Positions 55,826 to 64,000 of a stretch of 64,000 bases of DNA are shown piece by piece (position 1 is the stretch's first letter; the number at the start of each line of letters is the position of its first letter). The notes below the pieces were generated by a model, which saw only the letters and a program-made list of their open reading frames with translations, did not search any database and had not been told where the DNA came from. Origin of the DNA: the human T2T-CHM13v2.0 reference genome, Homo sapiens; assembly GCF_009914755.1 (NCBI RefSeq), contig NC_060930.1; one strand, given 5' to 3'. A program made the translations under genes and the position numbers.

Positions 55826-56810
55826 TGATACCGATAGGGACAGGGGTGAGAGAAATTCTAGGAAGAAAAGGGCAGGTCCCTGGTGAAGCCCCACTCTCAA
55901 GACAAAAAGCCTGAGACTGCAGCCCAAAGTGAGAATTTATATCCCTGTTTTCCTGCTTGAATATTGCCTTTTCCTAAGCCACCCCTGGCCCTGCCCTGCC
56001 CCATCATGTGCCTATGAGGACCCTAGACTCAGCCGGCAGAGAGGAGAAGCAGCTGGATGTCAGGGACTATGGCTGGACATCAGAGAGAAGTGGCTCGACT
56101 TCAGAGGGACAGCTTGACAGTGTAATTTCAGGCAAGAGTCCAGACAGAGATGGCTGGACTTCTGGACCCGAGGGGAAGATTGCCTACCCATCCCATCCCC
56201 TTTTCAGCTCCCTTTCACACTGAGGGTCACTTCCATCAGCAATAAAATTCCCCGTATTTACCATCCTTCAGTTTGCTCATGCAACCTCATTTTTCCTGGA
56301 CACTGGACAAGAGCTTGGGAGCCATGAGTGTGGATACAAAAGGCTATCACACTGGCCCTTTGCCCTCACTGGAGGAAGGCAGCTGCCTCAGATGAAAAGG
56401 CAGAGGGCCCACTGAGCTGTTAACACTTAAGCCATCCACAGATGACAGAGCTAAAAGAGCACAGTAACACACCCTCTGGGGCTTCAGGGGTCTCATGCAC
56501 TCCCAACTAGATGCTGCAGGTCCTGCATGGAGTTTGCTTGCGCCAGTGCCCAAAAGGGCTAGCTGTGGCTCCTGCACCCACTCACCTGTGTGCTCCCTTC
56601 CGCAAGGGGTGCAATGAGGCAGGTCAGAGTGAGTGAAGTTTGATCCTGCTGGCACTGAATTGGTCAGCTGGTTCCAGCACTCGTGCACTCCACTTCCCAC
56701 CTCTTTTGCTTGCATGCTTCCTCCTGCGAGGAGTTGAGAGCAGCGGGCTGAGTAAACAAGGCATCCCTGTCCCGAGTCCCACAATGGGGTCAGGGAAATA
56801 TCCTGCTTCC
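55826..56810 (+). mobile_element. ERV1 solo LTR (LTR28-like, ~985 bp)
   Basis: tgataccgataggga ... gaaatatcctgcttc; clearly related to 9704-10697; the TATA position reads cctatgagg (degenerate); TSD imperfect. Confidence 0.85.
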
Positions 56811-57090
56811 TCACTCCTTTAAAATCTTTAATGACAGGAGAAAATTCTCATGGGAGAATCATACTATTTCTAAGTGAAAAAAAAATAGAATACAAGCTAT
56901 TTAAATAGTATAATTCCTATTGAGCAAGAAAAAAGTACAGTTATTTGGAAGGAAATACATCTAAATGTTCATAGTGGGGCTTGGAATCATTATTATTCCT
57001 CCTCTTGCATTATCCTATATTTATGAACTGTTTACAGTAAATGAGAGTTACTTTTATAACTTGAAAAGTTCCTAAAAATTAGCTCCCCAT

Positions 57091-57366
57091 TCTTGTTCTG
57101 TCACCCACGTTGGAGTGCAGCGGCAATATCACAGCTTACTCTAGTCCTAACTTCCTGGGCTCAAGCAATCATCTCTCCTCAGTCTCCCAGATAGCTGGGA
57201 CTATAGGTGTGCACTACAAAACCTGGCTAATTTTTTAAAACATTTTTGTAGAGATGGGATCTCACTGTGTTGTCCAGGCTGGTCTTGAACTCCTGGCCTC
57301 AAGCAATCCTCTGGCCTCAGCCTCCCAAATGGCAGGGATTATAGGCATGAGCCATTGTTCCCAGCC
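57091..57366 (-). mobile_element. Tailless AluJo, apparently a copy of 55311-55595
   Basis: No poly-T; shares many private variants and ~11 bp of flank with the 55 kb Alu. Confidence 0.85.
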
Positions 57367-57519
57367 ACCCAGGCGTTGTTGAAATAAGCTGGAAAAATAA
57401 CACTGTATACATTAAAAACAAGATATAAAGGAGACTTTTCTAAACTTCCCAAAATTTCTATCTTCTGCCATAACTTTTTTTTCTTTATTCTCTTCTTGAT
57501 GGTCTTAGTTAAGGTCATA

Positions 57520-58500
57520 ATTTCAACCACTGATGTTACTACATAAACACCTTGGTCCTAGGTATCCAGCCTTTGCCTTGTCCTTCAGTTCTAGTCCTGC
57601 AATACTGACCACTTGCCAAGTAGCTCTACATGGATATCTTGTAAGTATACTCAATATTAACCCCCAAACAAACTCATGAATTGTCCTCCGAGGCCTGCCT
57701 GTGCTCCTGCTGACTCTGTTCTTGTTAACGACACCACTCTTTCGGTCATTACGAAGATAATCACACTGTTATTTTAACCCTCCTTTATCTTTCACACATG
57801 AACAATGGTCATCATATTTTATCTCAACAATGTTGCTTGAATTTAATTGCTCCTTTCCATTCCCACCGGCAATATCCTAATTATACCTCTGACTTGGACA
57901 ATGGCATTGTACTTACCAAACACCTCACGTTTATTAACCTTAACCTTCACAGTAGTCCTAAGATGTAGGTACTCTTCTTATCATCTCTATTTTATGTAAC
58001 TTGCCCAAAGTCATAGAGTTTACAAGCAGAGCTAGGATTTGAACCCAGGCAGTCTAATGTCAGAGATTGTATGCATAATTTCCTGCCACACAGTCTCTAG
58101 ATCAGTAATGGCAACAACAGCTACTCTTTAATTTTCACTACAATCCCATGAAAGTAGCATTATCCGTATTTTAGAGATTTGGAAACCAAGGCTCAAGCAG
58201 GTGAAGAACAGAAACACCTCATGAGTTTAGTCGGCCTACTTACCCACCTGCCTCCATCAGATTAATCCTCTAAGTGCACCCATCTGATTATTCCTTAAAT
58301 AAGAAAAAAGAAAAAGAGAAAAAATGATGTCCTTCATTGCCTAAGGAATAAAGTCCAAATTGTTCGTTTGGGCATTCAGGGGCTTCCCATGTCTGCTCAC
58401 TTTCCAGCTTTATCTGCCACTTGTCACTCCAGCTGGGTAGGTCACCTGGCCTGCACTCAGCCATGCCCTCAGGTCCTGCCTCTACTCATGCATGCTTAAT
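57520..58500. mobile_element. L2 (+) interrupted by MIR fragments (-)
   Basis: L2-like ctctacatggatatc...ccaaacaaactc and aggaataaagtccaaat; MIR aacttgcccaaagtcata...ggatttgaacccaggcagtct. Confidence 0.6.
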
Positions 58501-60104
58501 CTTCTATTTTCATTTCTCACCACGCATCCCAGTTGTTGTGTATGTATTCTGTGTATATATTGAAAAGGTACATTTGGAATTTTCACTAAACAGCAACCAT
58601 AGTTTAGGTATATTCTGAAGACTTCTCTGCCATTACAGAGACCCTGGAAAGAGAAAAATCATTTAGTTTTTCCAAAATGGGAAAATAGGCTTGACAGAGC
58701 TATCTTCTTGCTCTCTCTCATGCAGTGGTGCCCTATGGTAATGCTGTCAGTTCAACAATGTATATATAAATAATAAAATGTAAAAAAAATGAGGATTGTG
58801 ATGAGTAGAGTGGAAGCAAGAAGCAGGTTGAGTCCTTTAGCTGTTAACCCTAAAAATGATGGCTTGGATAGTCCCAGCCTAGAGACCTCTTATGCCCAGA
58901 TGGCTCTTTTGTATTGGTCTTCTGCTGTAGGCTAGAGCTCTGGTTTTAATCTTTTCCTGCTTCTCCTCTAGCTCCTCCACTTCTTCCTCCTCCCTCTTAC
59001 CCTTCCTCTCCTTCTTCTCAGACCTTTTCGTCCAAGAAAGTCTTACCAGGAGGCTCAATGTGAACAAGAGATTAAAAACAGAGCTGCTCTGCTGGAGGTG
59101 GGGTGGGGAGCCTGAAGACTTCTTCATCTGCCTCTCACCACATCCCCCCTCCTGGCACCTGAAGAATTCTGCAGAGACCAGTTTCCAAGGGCTGTGTGGG
59201 CAGAGTGTGCATGTTCAGGCATGCATGCCTGTTTGCAGATGGTATGGAGAAAAAGGTGATTGTATTGTTCATAAAAATGTAACTTGCTCAAGTATACGCC
59301 CCCTTTCTTTCTAAATTACTTGCTTTGATATTCTGGGTTCCCTAGAACTTAGATTGAAATGTCATCCAACAACTATTTGTTTAGGGCTTGCTGAGCTGCT
59401 TTCATACTGTGAGGATTGAGAAATATATGAAGTAGTCCCTGCCCAAGAAATTGCATAATTTAATCGCGAGGCCAAGACTGTCATCTTCCTGAGAGTGACT
59501 CCAACATTCTAGATTTTCAGTTTTGATCTTTTGCTTGAACTTTAACTGCCTGTTGGCCTCCTGGACAATCTCTGCTTGATTATCCTACTCTTCGCCTCAA
59601 TTCGACATCTCTAAACCTGAAACTATGTCCTTTGTCAGGAAACCAAGACGTTTGTAATATCCACATCAGAGTTGTCTGGTAAAGGAGTAAAAACATGGAG
59701 GAGCAGTAATAAACAGTGGAGATCATCAAATTGACAAAAGTAACAAAAATAATTGGGGATTGCTAAGAGCTACTGTTAATTATTTGAAGCCTGTAATGTA
59801 TGAGAGGGAGTAGATGTCTCCTGGAGTGAACATATACCTGCTATTACCTCAACGACCTTAGTTCCCTGCCTTTCATCTTGTCAGCATGTCTATGTTAATA
59901 TGATTATAGTATTTAAAAACAATTTTTTATATATAAATAGCCTTTAAATTACAAGTCAATAACTATATCTATAATGCAGCCAAATAAATAGAAATCTGTT
60001 CTAAAAATGGAGAAAAAACTAACCATGATGGACACTCTAAAAGAAGGCACTATATATAAAAAACAGCGTTTATTACAATTTCTGGGTAGTGACTGGTATT
60101 TTGT

Positions 60105-60472
<368 letters not shown>

Positions 60473-62348
60473 CATGACTGGTATTTTCAATAGTAATTTT
60501 GAATCTGTCTTATCTGTTTACTTTAAAAACAAACCCTTGCCAAAAAAATGTGACTTTATTGTATTTGATTTTGCTGTAGAGAAAAAAAACCAAGGGTTGC
60601 AGAGTAGCAGACTGTTGCTCAATGTAAAGGAGAACTCCTAATAAGAGAGCTGCCCAAAGTCAGACTGGTAGTCTAGGAGGGCAATGTGTTTCCTTTTCCA
60701 ATTCAGACGTGACCTGGGATGAAGCACTGCATTCAGAGGGATGTTGAATTGAAAGTCCTTCAAAGTCCTTCCAACTAAACACTTTATGAGCATATGAATG
60801 TAAGTTCACCAGGAGGTCAGGGAGGCAAGAAACTAAAATTAGAAGGAGTTTTAGCAGAGGGGTCTTCCTAATGGAGGAGGTCATTAGGGCTTGCTTTGAA
60901 GGGCTGCTAGGTTTTTTAGAAGGGTTGAGTAAAAGGCATCATTTTGGGTGGGAAAAACATGATGTCAAAGGTGTGGAAGAGGCTGGTCAGGTGCAGGAGA
61001 AGGAAGAGGGCAGTTGATGCTGGTGGGGGAAAGCTATATGATAGAAAGAGCCCCTGGAGAAAGAGTAGGATTGAACTGTGTTTGAGGCTATGGTGAGCTA
61101 AGCAAAAACCTGACAGCTGTTCATGTATTATCTGATAAATCTGACAGTTGCCTAAGGACATATGAACTCAGGAGCAGCTCTGAAGTGCAAGGAGGTGAAA
61201 GAGCTGTGTGCTGTGTTACAGCTTCTTCTCCAGGCTGAGGAACTGGGTCTTGCCTAACTACAAGGGGATAGCTGCCAATCAGAACTTCCAGTATATCCAA
61301 GGCCGAGTAACCTTCTTTTAGGTGTCTCTCTGCCTTGTCTATATTGAGATGAAAGGGCAGCAAGAAAATCTGTAAACATCCTATTAAAGCCAGAACATGA
61401 CATTTTAAGAACTTTCATTTCACCACAGAGGTGAAAAAAGACTTTCAAAAATATCATAAAGATCCTTTGCTAGTGAACAAATAAGTACAGATCATTTATT
61501 AAGGAACTGAAACACTGAAAGCGAGCCAGACATGGAATTGTTTACAGAAAAATACCCTTGAAGTTATTATCCATTTTGTAACTACCATTATAACTATAAT
61601 TTTAATATACATTATATATCCAAATTATAATACAAAACCATTACAGGATGGTTTACAGCAGTGTGCAGCTGGGAGTGACAGTATATCCTCTGGACTGAAA
61701 ATGACCCATCTCTGATGTTACTGGACCCACTTGAGCCCTAGGGACAGAGCTGTGCATATTATGGCAAGTGGCCAAGGAAGTATCATGATGGTCCCATCAG
61801 CAACCCCAAAACTGTGATGGTTCTACGTAGTTTGCATATTTCTATGTTTCGGCATTATTGAGTTTCAACTGTATAAATCTGTATTTTCATTGTATTACTT
61901 AATGAGTACTTAATGAAAAGGGGAAAAAAGCAAAGAATACATTCAGAAAACAGTAGAACAAATTATGTTTCAATCAATTTGTACTTTTGTAATAAAGAGA
62001 CCTCAAATCCTGAAATATTAACATACAACAGGCGAAGTTCCAAACATTCATCTACTGTCATCCACTTGTCTACGTGTGAGGATAACACTGGTTGTGAGCA
62101 CAGAGGACTAATCATAAAACTCATCATTTGGGTAATGAGACCTTTAGTAGAATAAGATAACACTTCAGATTTATTCTGAAAAAGACAGAAGACTTTTTGG
62201 CTGGTGATACCCAGTGTTGTTTCTATGATATTACCTCCCACTGTAGACTATCACGCCTCTCCTTGGATCCAACCATATTTTTGGATTGACCTATAATTGA
62301 CTTCGGATTTATTTCAAATAAAATTTCCAAGATATTGCCGTTTTCCCC

Positions 62349-64000
<1,652 letters not shown>

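Overview
Primate (almost certainly human or great ape) non-coding genomic DNA. It is AT-rich, CpG-depleted and dense in Alu, L1, MIR/L2/L3, MaLR/ERV LTRs and hAT fossils. I find no intact protein-coding gene; nearly all ORFs in the track come from repeats or chance. Three processed pseudogenes lie on the minus strand. (1) A very old stomatin (STOM) retrocopy is split by an MLT1D LTR. (2) A very old 5'-truncated HSPA8/HSC70 retrocopy, missed by the ORF track, sits inside an L1ME and is itself interrupted by an LTR16-like element. (3) A younger DBI/ACBP retrocopy is disabled by a single 1-bp deletion. Also present: a tailless 5S rRNA fragment, a full-length THE1B provirus nested in an older MLT1 provirus, three ERV1 solo LTRs and the 3' 1.65 kb of an L1PA at the right edge. 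The most unusual structures are DNA-repair or insertion scars: a hairpin whose loop holds a ~115-bp copy of sequence from 3.6 kb upstream (34984-35165), an Alu duplicated at DNA level (55311 vs 57091), and two retrotranspositions into the same target site (60090-60488). There are also hints of a plus-strand, LTR-initiated spliced transcript that could exonise the HSPA8 fossil in antisense. I see no evidence for a new multi-gene system. Repeat subfamily names and parent-mRNA matches are from memory of consensus sequences, not from computed alignments, and the chromosomal locus is not confirmed.
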